A stretch of 63,768 bases of DNA, filler included, from Thermoplasmatota archaeon (lineage in GTDB: Archaea; Thermoplasmatota; E2; JACPAO01; JAHFTW01), in assembly GCA_041623215.1 (NCBI GenBank). It is 23 parts of 23 records of this genome, joined end to end, with 100 filler letters (N's around TTAATTAATTAA, not from the genome) between each part and the next. Parts side by side here need not be neighbours in the genome. Positions count along the whole stretch, not along the records: positions 1 to 3,169 come from JBFJXH010000180.1; positions 3,270 to 6,394 come from JBFJXH010000181.1; positions 6,495 to 9,582 come from JBFJXH010000182.1; positions 9,683 to 12,732 come from JBFJXH010000183.1; 19 more parts are not named here. One strand, 5' to 3'. Below the pieces are notes generated by a model, which did not search any database, was not told the origin of the DNA, and saw only the letters and a list, made by a program, of their open reading frames with translations. Both the position numbers and the translations under genes were made by a program. Shown here piece by piece: positions 1 through 9,923 of the stretch. Every line of letters starts with the position of its first letter. Positions within the stretch are counted from its first letter, which is position 1.

Positions 1-2
1 GC

Positions 3-86
3 GCCGGCCAAGCGGTCCAGAACATGAATCACGCCCTAGGCCTAGATCCGGTAACGGGGCTTGGCCAAACCGGAGGCGGAATTTGA
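3..86 (+). CDS. argC: N-acetyl-gamma-glutamyl-phosphate reductase, C-terminal fragment (not in ORF track)
   Basis: Translates AGQAVQNMNHALGL..., the ArgC C-terminal motif; its TGA overlaps the argJ ATG (TGATG). Confidence 0.9.
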   Translation, partial: AGQAVQNMNHALGLDPVTGLGQTGGGI

Positions 87-1303
87 TGGAAGCTCGGCTG
101 GCCCATGCCAGCTTCCAAGTGCCTGGGTTCAGGGCGATGGGTGTTCCATGCGGCATTAAATCCGGCAATCGACCGGACCTCGCACTAATTGTGAGTGACC
201 AGCCAGGTACGGCCGCAGCCGTCGTTACAACCCAGAATGCCTTTGTCGCTGCGCCAGTCCACGTCACCCGCCAGCATGCTGCCGACGGCCGGGCCCAGGC
301 CATTGTTGTCAACAGTGGCAACGCCAACGCGTGCACGGGACGCCAAGGCCTTCGCGACGCGCTAACCATGGCTCGGCAAACGGCGACGGCCCTGGGCCTT
401 GTGGACCAAGATGTCTTGGTGGCAAGCACTGGCATCATTGGTCGACCTCTTCCCATGCCACAAATTAGCCAAGGAATCGAAGCGTGTGTCGCCCGGTTGG
501 ATGAGGGCACGGGAAACGAAGCCGCCCACGCCATTTTGACCACTGACAGCGGCCCCAAACAAGCAAGGGCAACCATCCAAATCGAAGGCAAGCCAATCAC
601 CATTGCGGGCTTTGCCAAAGGCGCCGGCATGATTCACCCCAACATGGCCACCATGCTGGCCTTTGTAGCCACGGATGCCGCCATCCCGCCAACACATCTG
701 CGACAGGCGCTTCTTGCGGCGACCGCCGTTAGCTTCAACCAAATCAGCGTGGATGGCTGTGAATCAACCAACGACATGGCCATGGTGCTGGCCAATGGGG
801 TCGCGCGCCATGAGCCCCTGCACCCGGAACACCCATCCTGGTCCGACTTCCAGGCCGCGCTGACCAGCGTTTGCCAACAGTTGGCCAAGCAGATTGCTGC
901 CGATGGCGAGGGCGCCACGCGCCTCCTAGAGGTGGAGGTCTCCGGGGTGCGAACGGACGAAGACGCACGATGCGTCGCACGTGGCATCGTGGCGAGCAAC
1001 CTCGTCAAGGCTGCGGTCCATGGCCAGGACCCCAATTGGGGCCGCGTCGTCGCCGCCGCCGGACAACTGGGCGTACCTTTGACGGTCGAGGAGGCCTCGT
1101 TAGGTATTGGCCCGCCGGGGAAGGAGGAGTGGTTGCTCTGGAAAGGGGTGCCCGCATCATCCGCAGGCCAGGCACGAGATTTGCTAGGAAGGAGCGTGGC
1201 GCGATTACACCTCATGGTGGGCGACGGACCAGGCCGGGGAACCGCCTGGGGCTGTGACCTGACACCCGACTACGTGACCTTCAACGCCGACTACCACACG
1301 TGA
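86..1303 (+). CDS. argJ: Ornithine acetyltransferase / N-acetylglutamate synthase
   Basis: NSGNANACTG, STGIIG, KGAGMIHPNMATML (autocleavage Thr), DGEGAT, DPNWGR, WGCDLT.DYV.FNADY. Confidence 0.97.
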   Translation: MEARLAHASFQVPGFRAMGVPCGIKSGNRPDLALIVSDQPGTAAAVVTTQNAFVAAPVHVTRQHAADGRAQAIVVNSGNANACTGRQGLRDALTMARQTATALGLVDQDVLVASTGIIGRPLPMPQISQGIEACVARLDEGTGNEAAHAILTTDSGPKQARATIQIEGKPITIAGFAKGAGMIHPNMATMLAFVATDAAIPPTHLRQALLAATAVSFNQISVDGCESTNDMAMVLANGVARHEPLHPEHPSWSDFQAALTSVCQQLAKQIAADGEGATRLLEVEVSGVRTDEDARCVARGIVASNLVKAAVHGQDPNWGRVVAAAGQLGVPLTVEEASLGIGPPGKEEWLLWKGVPASSAGQARDLLGRSVARLHLMVGDGPGRGTAWGCDLTPDYVTFNADYHT

Positions 1304-1307
1304 TTGC

Positions 1308-2144
1308 ATGACGATTTCCGGTTACTCTACAGCCGCCGAGGTGCATGTCCTCAAACTGGGCGGGGCCGTTTGCGACCAAGCCGATGCGCTAGCTGGGCTC
1401 GCCGGCGCCTGGAAACGCCAGGGACCGGGGACGCAGTGGGTGATTGTTCACGGGGGCGGTCCGCAATTGACTGCCGCCCTTGGGGTGCTCGGCGAGGACG
1501 AGCGCCGCATCGACGGGCTACGAGTCACGAGCAAAGCAGCTGTTGATACGGTTGCCGATGTTCTCGATTTCGTTGGGGAAAACCTCACCACCAGCCTGCA
1601 AGCCCTTGGGGTGCCGGCCCAACAGATTCGAGCCGCCGACAAGGCCATTGAAGCGGTGCCCAAGACAATGCCGGCCGGCCTTGGCCGCGTTGGCGAATTC
1701 ACTGCCTTTCGGATGCCGGATTGGACGGCGGCCGGAGAACGAGGTGCCGCGGCCGCCAACGCCCCCTGCGCGACAAGCGGCAGGGTTCTCATTGTGAACC
1801 CGGTAGGTCGCGACGCGCATGGCCATCTCAACGTGAATGCTGATGAAGTCGCAGTGGGCATCGCTAAGGTACTCAGGGCACGGCTTTTGCACCTCATTAG
1901 CGATGTTCCCGGCGTCCTTGACACTACCGGGGCTCCTATCGCACGCATGAGTCAAGTGGACGCCCAACAGGCCATCGCGGGTGGCCTCGCCTCCGGGGGG
2001 ATGGCAGTCAAGTTGGCCCAAACGTGTCGCGCGGTAGAAGCAGGGTTGGCACAGGTTCGCATTGGTTGCATTGCCGGCCTTCAGGACCCGCGGCTTGGCA
2101 CCTATGTCACATCCTCCATGGCGCACGAGGTGCAACTTGGCTGA
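1308..2144 (+). CDS. argB: Acetylglutamate kinase
   Basis: LKLGG, VHGGGPQ, DGLRVT, NVNAD, SDVPGVL, GGMAVK; operon position. Confidence 0.93.
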   Translation: MTISGYSTAAEVHVLKLGGAVCDQADALAGLAGAWKRQGPGTQWVIVHGGGPQLTAALGVLGEDERRIDGLRVTSKAAVDTVADVLDFVGENLTTSLQALGVPAQQIRAADKAIEAVPKTMPAGLGRVGEFTAFRMPDWTAAGERGAAAANAPCATSGRVLIVNPVGRDAHGHLNVNADEVAVGIAKVLRARLLHLISDVPGVLDTTGAPIARMSQVDAQQAIAGGLASGGMAVKLAQTCRAVEAGLAQVRIGCIAGLQDPRLGTYVTSSMAHEVQLG

Positions 2145-3169
2145 ACTCTTGCCCGCACCTGCAATCGGCAAGTTGCCGGCGTGGCATGACGTCATGGTAC
2201 CCAACTATGGCACCCCGCAAGTGACGCTCGTCAAGGGGTTTGGATCAACGGTGGTTGATGCCGAAGGTCGCGCTTACACGGACTTACTGGCAGGGATTGC
2301 GACCACCATTTTGGGTCACGGCAACGCGGCCATTCGGGACGCCGTTTGCAAGCAGGCAGGTGAGCTGGTGCATGTCAGCAACTTGTACGCGCACCCCCAG
2401 GCACTGCGACTTGCCGCCCGGCTAAGCAAGCAAACCTATGGCCACAGGGCCCTCTTTGTCAACAGCGGAACTGAGGCAAATGAAGCAGCGTTGAAAGCGA
2501 TGCGGCTGTATGCCCATGGATCGGACCGGAAGGAGGCAGTTGTGCTGGCGTGCGAAGGATCCTTTCATGGGCGGACGGCGGGGTCGCTGGCGTTGACGGG
2601 ACAACCGCGCCACAAAGTCGGTTGTGGACCCGTGCCGGGCGGCGTTGTCCATGTGCCCTTCAACGACCCCGGCGCCCTCGAGCGAGCGTTTGCCAAGCAT
2701 GATGTGGTCGGCATGTTCGTCGAGTGCATCCAGGGCGAAGGTGGCGTCATTCCGATGGATCCCGAGTACGCTGCAGCCGTTCGAAGCTCATGCCGCGAAG
2801 CGGCGGCGCTGCTATGCGTGGATGAGGTGCAAACCGGCATGGGGCGCACGGGGACCTTTCATGCCCACAGCCGACTCGGATTGCAGCCCGACCTAGTGAC
2901 CATGGCCAAAGGATTGGGTGGTGGTTTACCGATTGGGTGCATGCTAGCGTCTCCCTCCGTGGCCGACTACCTCCAGCCCGGCACACACGGATGTACCTTC
3001 GGCGGAAACCCAGTAAGCGTGGCGGCTGCCAACGCCGTGCTTGACGAACTAGAGAAGGGTAACCTGGTGGCAGGCGTGGCGGCACGCGGGCGCATCCTTG
3101 GCGAGGCCTTGGATGCCCACAATCAACCGCTTCGCGGAGCAGGTCTCCTGTGGGGTATTCCTCATGCCA
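2137..3169 (+). CDS. argD: Acetylornithine aminotransferase (3' truncated)
   Basis: NSGTEANEAA, SFHGRT, DEVQTGMGRTG, TMAKGLGGG, HGCTFGGNP; probable TTG start after GAGGTG. Confidence 0.93.
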
Positions 3170-3269
3170 NNNNNNNNNNNNNNNNNNNNNNNNNNNNNNN
3201 NNNNNNNNNNNNNTTAATTAATTAANNNNNNNNNNNNNNNNNNNNNNNNNNNNNNNNNNNNNNNNNNNN
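3170..3269. other. Artificial contig spacer, first of 22; the others start at 6395, 9583, 12733, 15840, 18834, 21818, 24769, 27660, 30462, 33263, 36057, 38706, 41352, 43994, 46625, 49208, 51689, 54147, 56603, 59054 and 61465
   Basis: Identical 100-nt N-TTAATTAATTAA-N blocks with stops in all six frames; contig lengths decrease monotonically. Confidence 0.99.
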
Positions 3270-4123
3270 CTGCACACCATCATGATGCCACTGCCAAAGT
3301 CAGTTTTGACGTGCGGGTGGGCGGCAATCGGCACTTCGGTGTTGCCCGAGTTGCCCAAGCTGCGGCCACCGACGACAGGCAGCACGGCAGTCTTGCCGAT
3401 GAGGTGCGCCGTGGCCTCGTTATCCGGATGGACAAGGACCTGGCGACAGGCGCAGATGAGCTCCGGCCGAGTGGTGCTGATTGTGATTTTCTCGCCAGTT
3501 TCCTTGACCGTCCACGTGACGTGGTTGAGGCGCGTCTTGCGCTCCTCGTAGAACACCTCGGCATCGGCGATGGCTGTGCCAAGCTTCGGGTCGAAGGTGT
3601 TGGGGCGCAGGTCCTCAACGATGAGGCCGGCTTCGAAGAGCTTCAGAAACTGCGCCTGCGAAAAGGCGCGGTAGTCGTCGGAGTCGGTGGCGTACCCGTT
3701 GTCGAAGTCGCAGCTGAGGCCGATGCGGCGGCCGATGCGGGCCATGTCGTCCGAGTATTGTTTGATCTCGGCGGCGCACTCGGCGTTGAATTCGGCGCGG
3801 TCCCAGAACTGCATGGGTTTCTTGTGTTTCTTTTCTACCGTGAACTCAATGTTGATGCCGTTGCGGTCCACGCCCCAGGGGAACAAGACATCAAAGCCCA
3901 GCATGCGGCGCGAGCGAGCGATGACGTCGATGAGCGAATAGCCAGCCACGGCCCCGATGTGCCACTTGCCACTCGGGTAGGGCGGCGGCGTGTCAATGCT
4001 CCAGGTTCCCTTAGGGTGTGCCTCGGTGGCACCCCGGCCCATGAAGGCCGGCGGCGTTTGCGCCAACTCCTCCGCGATGCGCTTCTCCAGCTCGACGCTC
4101 CACTTCTCTAGCTTGACAGTCAT
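3270..4123 (-). CDS. valS: Valine--tRNA ligase, archaeal type (3' truncated)
   Basis: DTPPPYPSGKWHIGA, TAIADAEV, ISTTRPEL, FGSGIMMVC. Confidence 0.93.
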
Positions 4124-4253
4124 GGCGACGGACCGCCGACCCCGGCGCATATCTTAGCGCTTCGGCGGGCCCCGGGGATGCAGTCCAGATCCGTCTCACG
4201 CCGACCGCCCGACGCATCAAGAGCTCTTTCGAAGCGTGCTTCCACGCGCCTTC

Positions 4254-4260
4254 TTTATAC
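4254..4260 (+). promoter_or_regulatory. Putative TATA box
   Basis: TTTATAC about 23 nt before ATG 4283, no SD; leaderless geometry. Confidence 0.55.
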
Positions 4261-4282
4261 GGCGGCTCCTGGCTCGACCCTC

Positions 4283-5137
4283 ATGGAACGGACCCGCCTT
4301 TCGGCGCTGCTTGCAACTCTCCTCCTGGCTGTCGCCCTTGGTGGCTGCATCGGCACCGGCGATGACTCGCCGCCTTCCGACGACGCCGATGACAACGGCG
4401 GCGACGACACCATGGGGAACGAAACCATGGAGCCTGTCGTGCCCAATCAGCCGCCGGTGCTGGCGGTGTCCATCGTCAACGATACGGGCGCCGAGACGAC
4501 GACGGTCCTCCAAGGCGGCAACCTGACATTTGACGCCGGGGCCAGTGCAGACGCCGACGGGTCGATTGCAGCGATTAGCTTGACCGTCACGGACGGAGCC
4601 GGAACGCGCACCTTCGCGTTGGCTACGCTTGGCAACAACACGCCCGCCCGCGTCCCGTTCCATGCGCCTGGCTTGGCCACGGCAACCTTTGCTGCCCTTG
4701 ACAACGATGGCGATATTGTGAGCAACACCACCATCATCGGGGTCCACCACCCGCAAGAGGGGACCCCGTACGAGTTCCGAGCCCCCCATGATGGCGACCT
4801 GCTGGCCGCAGACGCCTGCGCCGGACATGACGCACCGGGTGCGGGTGGCGTGCTTGACGCCCAGTGGTGGAATGCACAACCATTCCAGGTGATGCATGGG
4901 GCCACCAGCATCGAGGCGGTCATCGTGCAAGGCGCCGCCCAAATTGCGATTTGCGATGCCGATGGCAACGCGCTGAGCGAAAGCGCGGACGGACAAGTGA
5001 CGTCCACACCCGGCGCAGCACTCAACGCAAGCAGCGATTACTTCGTCAGCGTCGTTAGCGGTTTCAACACCGACGCTCCCGACAACAGCCCGTTCAGCAA
5101 TACCGTGCAAGTGGACGTCCTCGTCCGCTACGGGTGA
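4283..5137 (+). CDS. Lipoprotein with PKD-like domain
   Basis: Hydrophobic signal, LGGC lipobox, acidic linker, NQPP...TFDAGASADADGSI PKD-like motif. Confidence 0.7.
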   Translation: MERTRLSALLATLLLAVALGGCIGTGDDSPPSDDADDNGGDDTMGNETMEPVVPNQPPVLAVSIVNDTGAETTTVLQGGNLTFDAGASADADGSIAAISLTVTDGAGTRTFALATLGNNTPARVPFHAPGLATATFAALDNDGDIVSNTTIIGVHHPQEGTPYEFRAPHDGDLLAADACAGHDAPGAGGVLDAQWWNAQPFQVMHGATSIEAVIVQGAAQIAICDADGNALSESADGQVTSTPGAALNASSDYFVSVVSGFNTDAPDNSPFSNTVQVDVLVRYG

Positions 5138-5138
5138 C

Positions 5139-5597
5139 ATGGATTCCAAACCACCTCGCTTCCACTGGCTCCGCGTCCGCGCCACGGCTCATCCAACGGA
5201 GGTCATGGAGCGGGTCCAGCAAGCCGTTCGCACGGTCGTGGGCGACACCGACATTGAGCTTCAGCACACGGTCATGGAGAGCCAATACGGCGGGAAAGTG
5301 ACGTGGATTGAGGCCGAAGTAACGCGGAACCGAGCCATTCGCGACTGTGTGGGGCGCTTGGTCACGGAGGCAGCCGCACCGTGCGCGTTTGTCCGTGACG
5401 ATTTGGATGCCCGCCTTGACGACGAAGGCGTCCTTTACCTAAGGCTCGGCAAGCAAGCCGCCTACGGCGGGCACCTGGAGGCGGTGCAGGGCGACGACGC
5501 GGTCCAAGTGCGCATCCGAATCGAGGCGCACCCCAATACCCCGGCAACCGTCGCCGCCGCCTGGCGCGCCGCGTTGGCCCTTGACCAAGCACCTTAG
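5139..5597 (+). CDS. Archaeal RNA-binding protein (DUF54/COG1325-like)
   Basis: AHPTE.MERV..A and LYLRLGKQAAY..G......DDA motifs. Confidence 0.8.
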   Translation: MDSKPPRFHWLRVRATAHPTEVMERVQQAVRTVVGDTDIELQHTVMESQYGGKVTWIEAEVTRNRAIRDCVGRLVTEAAAPCAFVRDDLDARLDDEGVLYLRLGKQAAYGGHLEAVQGDDAVQVRIRIEAHPNTPATVAAAWRAALALDQAP

Positions 5598-5692
5598 CGC
5601 CATAGGAGGGGGACCTTGCCTCCAAAGTCGCACGTTTTCGTCGGGTCGTTTAAGAGGGCCGCCAAGTGTGCGAGCCCCGGAGGCCCCTGGCG

Positions 5693-6394
5693 TTGGCTAA
5701 CTCGTCGTTTGAGACCACCTGTCCCCGTTGCGAGACCGACTTTGACGTGAAGGCGGATGCCGAGACGGCCAAGTGCCCCTCGTGCAAAGCGACCCTGCGA
5801 CTCATGGAGGGCGCCGCCACAGAGCGACGCCCCGCGCGGCCTGAGCGCCCGGGACGGGAAACACCCGCCAAGCCGGAAGACGTTCGCAAGGGACCCGTGG
5901 TGAAACCTGACCCGGTCATTGGCCCAGCCATCAAAGAACTGGCCAGTGATACCGTGAAGCGCCTGCGCCCCGACCCGAAGGAACGGGAAGCGGCGGCCCT
6001 GGCCAAACAAGCCAAGGCCGAAGAACGGCGCCGCGACGCCGAGCAAAAGGCCCAAGAGCGTGCGAAACGCCAAGCAGCTGCCGCGGCAGCCAAGGCCCAG
6101 CAGGCTGCCAAAGCTGAGAAGCAACCCAAGCCCCCACGCACGCCCAAGGCTGCCAAGGCGGATAAGGCCCCTCCTGCCAAGGAAACGGTTGCGTGCGGCC
6201 ATTGCGACCACCGCTTTGCCATTGACGTGGGTGCCAAGAAGGCGACTTGCCCCGCCTGCAGGGCCAAATTATCGTTCGAGGCCCCTGCGTCAACTCCAGC
6301 CAAGGCAGCGCCACCGGCAGCGACAGCGCCGGCCGCCAAGGCCGCCGCCAGTGCGGCCGTGCCGTCAGCGGCTGCGATCGCAGCGGCCAAAGAA
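5693..6394 (+). CDS. Double zinc-ribbon protein with Ala/Lys/Pro-rich linkers (3' truncated; start uncertain)
   Basis: CPRC..CPSC and CGHC..CPAC; TTTAAG at about 5649 and GGAGG at 5679 upstream of TTG. Confidence 0.7.
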
Positions 6395-6494
6395 NNNNNN
6401 NNNNNNNNNNNNNNNNNNNNNNNNNNNNNNNNNNNNNNTTAATTAATTAANNNNNNNNNNNNNNNNNNNNNNNNNNNNNNNNNNNNNNNNNNNN

Positions 6495-6670
6495 ACTTTG
6501 TCATGGCGCCGTGCGGCGTCAGCCGCCAGTCGGCCGGCGTGCCCCGGCGCGGTTGTGGGCACCAAATCCACGTCAATGCCACGCGTAACAAACAGGTCCC
6601 GCGCCGTCAGCGCCCTTGCTTCACCTTTCCCGTCGCCGCTGGCGGGATTGTAAATGAGGGGGACCGCCAC
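6495..6670 (-). CDS. Diacylglycerol/lipid kinase family (YegS-like), N-terminal fragment
   Basis: LIYNPASGDGKG ... TTAPGHA. Confidence 0.8.
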
Positions 6671-6750
6671 GCTTGGACAAGGGCTGGCTGGGTGAAAACG
6701 GCTCGCCTCGCCTGATGGCATGTATGCCGGGAACGATTTGCTGGACGCAT

Positions 6751-9312
6751 TCAACCGCGGGCTTCGTCGCGGTCCTCGGCCATCCATTGGTCAATGCGGT
6801 CGAGAATTTGCGTCCGCACGGGCGTGGGCATCTTGGCGGAGGCAAGCAGTGGGCGGAGCACGGCGCCTTCCTCAGTCGAGAGGTGCCCGTCATCCAGGAG
6901 TCGCTCCAAGCGTAGGGACAATCGTGCCGGCATGGCGTAGAACGCCTCACCCATGCTGGTCAAACGAGCCGAAGTGAGCCGCGCACGGAGGCGGTCCATG
7001 ATTATGGGGAAGTGGTTGTCCGACAGGCGGTGGTGAAGGAGGTCATCGTGGAGGCGTGCACGTAAGGCCACAAGCGCGGAGGCCCTCGCCACGGGGTCAT
7101 CTTCTGATGCGTCATGAATCGCCCGAATCTCGTTCAGGTAGCGGCGCAACATTCGTCGGCGCCGCAGCACCAAGATGACGGTGCCCACAATGGTGAGTAC
7201 CGCCAAGGCGGCGCCCAGGATATCCCAGAAATTGGCGTAGCCAAACGGCGCCTCCCACACGCTAACCTGCGATGTGGGACGGGGCGCAAACGGCAAATCA
7301 GCCCCTTCCGGGGCCTCCCAGGCATCGACCGTGTGCACCGTGGCGCCGATGCCTGGAACACCAGTGGCGTCGCGCCGGACAAGGTAGGTGCCCGCTGCTA
7401 GGCGGGACGCCTCGACCACGGTTGCATCGGGCGCGAGGTCGAAGCAACCACGCGGGACGAACGCGACGATGCTGGCGGAGGCGGCGTTTCCATCCCCCAG
7501 CGCGCCGCCGCCGCTGGTTTGCAGGATGCGCCCCTCAATGTCAGTCCAGCCCCCTAGAGCCGGATCCTGGGGGGAAGTGGGCAGCACCGTGGTGTCAGGC
7601 GCGCACAGGAAGGCACCACCAAGACGCTCGTCGCTCCGGTAGTGGCCAATCATGGTTGTGCCTGCGGCGTGTTCGATGCCAACAGCGTAGAAGATTGCAT
7701 CATAACCGGCAGGCGTTTGGAAGCTGCCGCCTTCCACAAGCGCCATAGTTACACGAAGAAGGTCAGGGTCATCCGAGGCAATCTCGACCAGTTCCAGGTC
7801 CATGGTGCGCGCGTCCCCACTCATGGCGTCAGTTGGATACGCCGTGTCGCCTGCCGGGTCAGCAAATCGTTGGGCGCCGGTTGCCGGCAGGTGCACGGGC
7901 GGTGCTGCGAGCGGCCCGGCCGGCGGCAATATGTCAAGTAAGCGGCCAACCCCGGCTCCTACGGCGAGCGCTGCGCCAACCTCGTAGTCGTCGGGGGCAT
8001 CCGACTCGATGTACGGGTAACCACTGGTGCCGGCCATTATCTGGTGACCGGGCAAAGGCAACTGCGCACGTTCAACCGTGAAGGCAACTCGCCCCGGGCT
8101 TCCAGGCTCAAGGGCCACGGACACAGGAACCCCCACCCTAGATCCATCGGCCAGCCAGGCCGATCCTGATGCACACCATCCGCCGTCAACCGGAATGACG
8201 CTCATGGCCAGGAAGGCGCCATCTACGTGCGCATCGTAGCCGATTGTTACATTGGCGGCGGACTCCGGCAACGTGGCAATGTGAATCACGGCTTCCAAGA
8301 CCCGTTCGTCCATGGCCACTTCGAAAGCCTCGAGGCGCCATCCCCCCGAGGCTGCTGGCTGCGAGCCAATGCGGCCGTCATCCAGCACGACGACGCGAGG
8401 CCCTGGGACCGGTGTGCTCCCGGGTGGGTCAATCCGCGTGTCTCCATCCGGCCCAGCTTCGTCGGCGGTGCTGCCAAAGGGTGGCCGCATGCCGATTGAC
8501 TCGCCATGAACGACGGGTGTGCGTAGACGCCCATTGACTCCGCTGGTATCCCCGGCCCAAGTAGCTGCCGCGTCCAGCTGGGCCGCGCCGAGCGGTTCTT
8601 GCCAAATCCAGGCTGGGACCGCCACGAAGAGGTGGCCGCTTCGGCCTGGCTCTGCGACAAGAGGCGTGGTCCAGAGGCAAATCAAATGGCATGGACCATA
8701 GGGCATCGCACCCCGTGCCATTTCTGGGTCACAGACAACATACGTCAGCCCAATGGGAATTGCCCCATTACTGGCAGCGAGCACATACGCCTCAACGCCG
8801 ACGTTGCACCCTCCGTCCGTGGTAAACAAGGCCCCCCAGGCCGTTGACGTGCCTGCACTGGAATCGTAGCTTCCTTCGAAGCCAGCCCTCAGTTCGGCCA
8901 CTTCAAAGTCCAAGACCAGCGCGTCAGGGTGGCGGGCCGCGGATACGGAGAGCAGGTCACGCGAATCGTGGCCCGGAGTTCCAGCATTGGGTATTGCACT
9001 CGCATTCTCCTTCATCGAGTTGCAAGCGGATTCCACAGGGAGGTCCCTAAGCATCGGGGGTTCTGGCTGCGGGCACCGGTTTGCCTCCAGCACGGATTGG
9101 GTGCTATCCTGGTAGGCGTCCCCCTGAGGGTCCGTTGCCAGTACCGTCCATTGCAACCCCGTCAGGTCAGGCATGATGTCAGTGGGCGTCGCCGCCAACG
9201 GCAGCGCAGCGGCTTGATTGGCGTCCTCATCCGCCGCCTCGGTGCCCCACGGGCTTTCAAGACATCCTGCCACGAGCGGGACGAGCAGGACGATGGCAAG
9301 CAAAGCCCTCAT
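6751..9312 (-). CDS. Large lipoprotein with repeated DPxGD beta-domains, C-terminal TM helix and cytoplasmic tail
   Basis: VAGC lipobox; DPQGD and DPAGD motifs; TM segment followed by RRRR and about 125 aa. Confidence 0.75.
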   Translation of the reverse strand: MRALLAIVLLVPLVAGCLESPWGTEAADEDANQAAALPLAATPTDIMPDLTGLQWTVLATDPQGDAYQDSTQSVLEANRCPQPEPPMLRDLPVESACNSMKENASAIPNAGTPGHDSRDLLSVSAARHPDALVLDFEVAELRAGFEGSYDSSAGTSTAWGALFTTDGGCNVGVEAYVLAASNGAIPIGLTYVVCDPEMARGAMPYGPCHLICLWTTPLVAEPGRSGHLFVAVPAWIWQEPLGAAQLDAAATWAGDTSGVNGRLRTPVVHGESIGMRPPFGSTADEAGPDGDTRIDPPGSTPVPGPRVVVLDDGRIGSQPAASGGWRLEAFEVAMDERVLEAVIHIATLPESAANVTIGYDAHVDGAFLAMSVIPVDGGWCASGSAWLADGSRVGVPVSVALEPGSPGRVAFTVERAQLPLPGHQIMAGTSGYPYIESDAPDDYEVGAALAVGAGVGRLLDILPPAGPLAAPPVHLPATGAQRFADPAGDTAYPTDAMSGDARTMDLELVEIASDDPDLLRVTMALVEGGSFQTPAGYDAIFYAVGIEHAAGTTMIGHYRSDERLGGAFLCAPDTTVLPTSPQDPALGGWTDIEGRILQTSGGGALGDGNAASASIVAFVPRGCFDLAPDATVVEASRLAAGTYLVRRDATGVPGIGATVHTVDAWEAPEGADLPFAPRPTSQVSVWEAPFGYANFWDILGAALAVLTIVGTVILVLRRRRMLRRYLNEIRAIHDASEDDPVARASALVALRARLHDDLLHHRLSDNHFPIIMDRLRARLTSARLTSMGEAFYAMPARLSLRLERLLDDGHLSTEEGAVLRPLLASAKMPTPVRTQILDRIDQWMAEDRDEARG

Positions 9313-9365
9313 GCGTGCAGCGACATCCAGCCGGTACTTCGCTCTTGAGGGCGGGCGGCCTTCGG

Positions 9366-9582
9366 TCACCGCCGTTTCAGGCTCAAGGTCAACGTGAACG
9401 TCGCCACCGGTTCGTCGCCTTCAGTTGGAACGGTGCAGGTGATGGGCACGGGAATGTTGACGCGTTCGCCGGAAGCAGCGGCCTCTTTGACGGCGGCTGC
9501 AACCGCTGCGCCTTGGTCACTGACAAAGTGCACGTCGCCGTCGGGTCGGCGCAGGAAGTCGCCCTGCACGTCCTTGAAGACA
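9366..9582 (-). CDS. DUF4442-like hotdog-fold protein, C-terminal fragment
   Basis: VFKDVQGDFLRRPDGDVHF...EPVATFTLTLSLK. Confidence 0.7.
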
Positions 9583-9682
9583 NNNNNNNNNNNNNNNNNN
9601 NNNNNNNNNNNNNNNNNNNNNNNNNNTTAATTAATTAANNNNNNNNNNNNNNNNNNNNNNNNNNNNNNNNNNNNNNNNNNNN

Positions 9683-9904
9683 CCCGAGCGCCAGCGCCGG
9701 CTCCGTTTGCCCGATTTGCGGCCATTGCTGGAGGGCGCCGGCTACCAAGTTGTCATCGATGCGGGCGTCCTTCTCCTTGTTCGGCGGGAAGTAGAGTCCA
9801 GCATCTATCCAAGCGGCAAGGTCATCCTGAAAACGACCGACGGGGACATTGCTAGGGCCGCCTATGACGACTTGCGGCCCCACCTGGAGTCAGCTTGGTC
9901 GTAA
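9683..9904 (+). CDS. Hypothetical protein, C-terminal fragment
   Basis: Open frame from the contig edge, ...VESSIYPSGKVILKTTD... Confidence 0.55.
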   Translation, partial: PERQRRLRLPDLRPLLEGAGYQVVIDAGVLLLVRREVESSIYPSGKVILKTTDGDIARAAYDDLRPHLESAWS

Positions 9905-9923
9905 AGCCGACCCAAATGCCACT

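Noticed and set aside
3940..3975. HIGA in ValRS (and SLGH/KFSTS in GluRS) as inactivating changes
   Set aside because: Variant signature motifs occur in functional archaeal synthetases, and the rest of each protein is intact.
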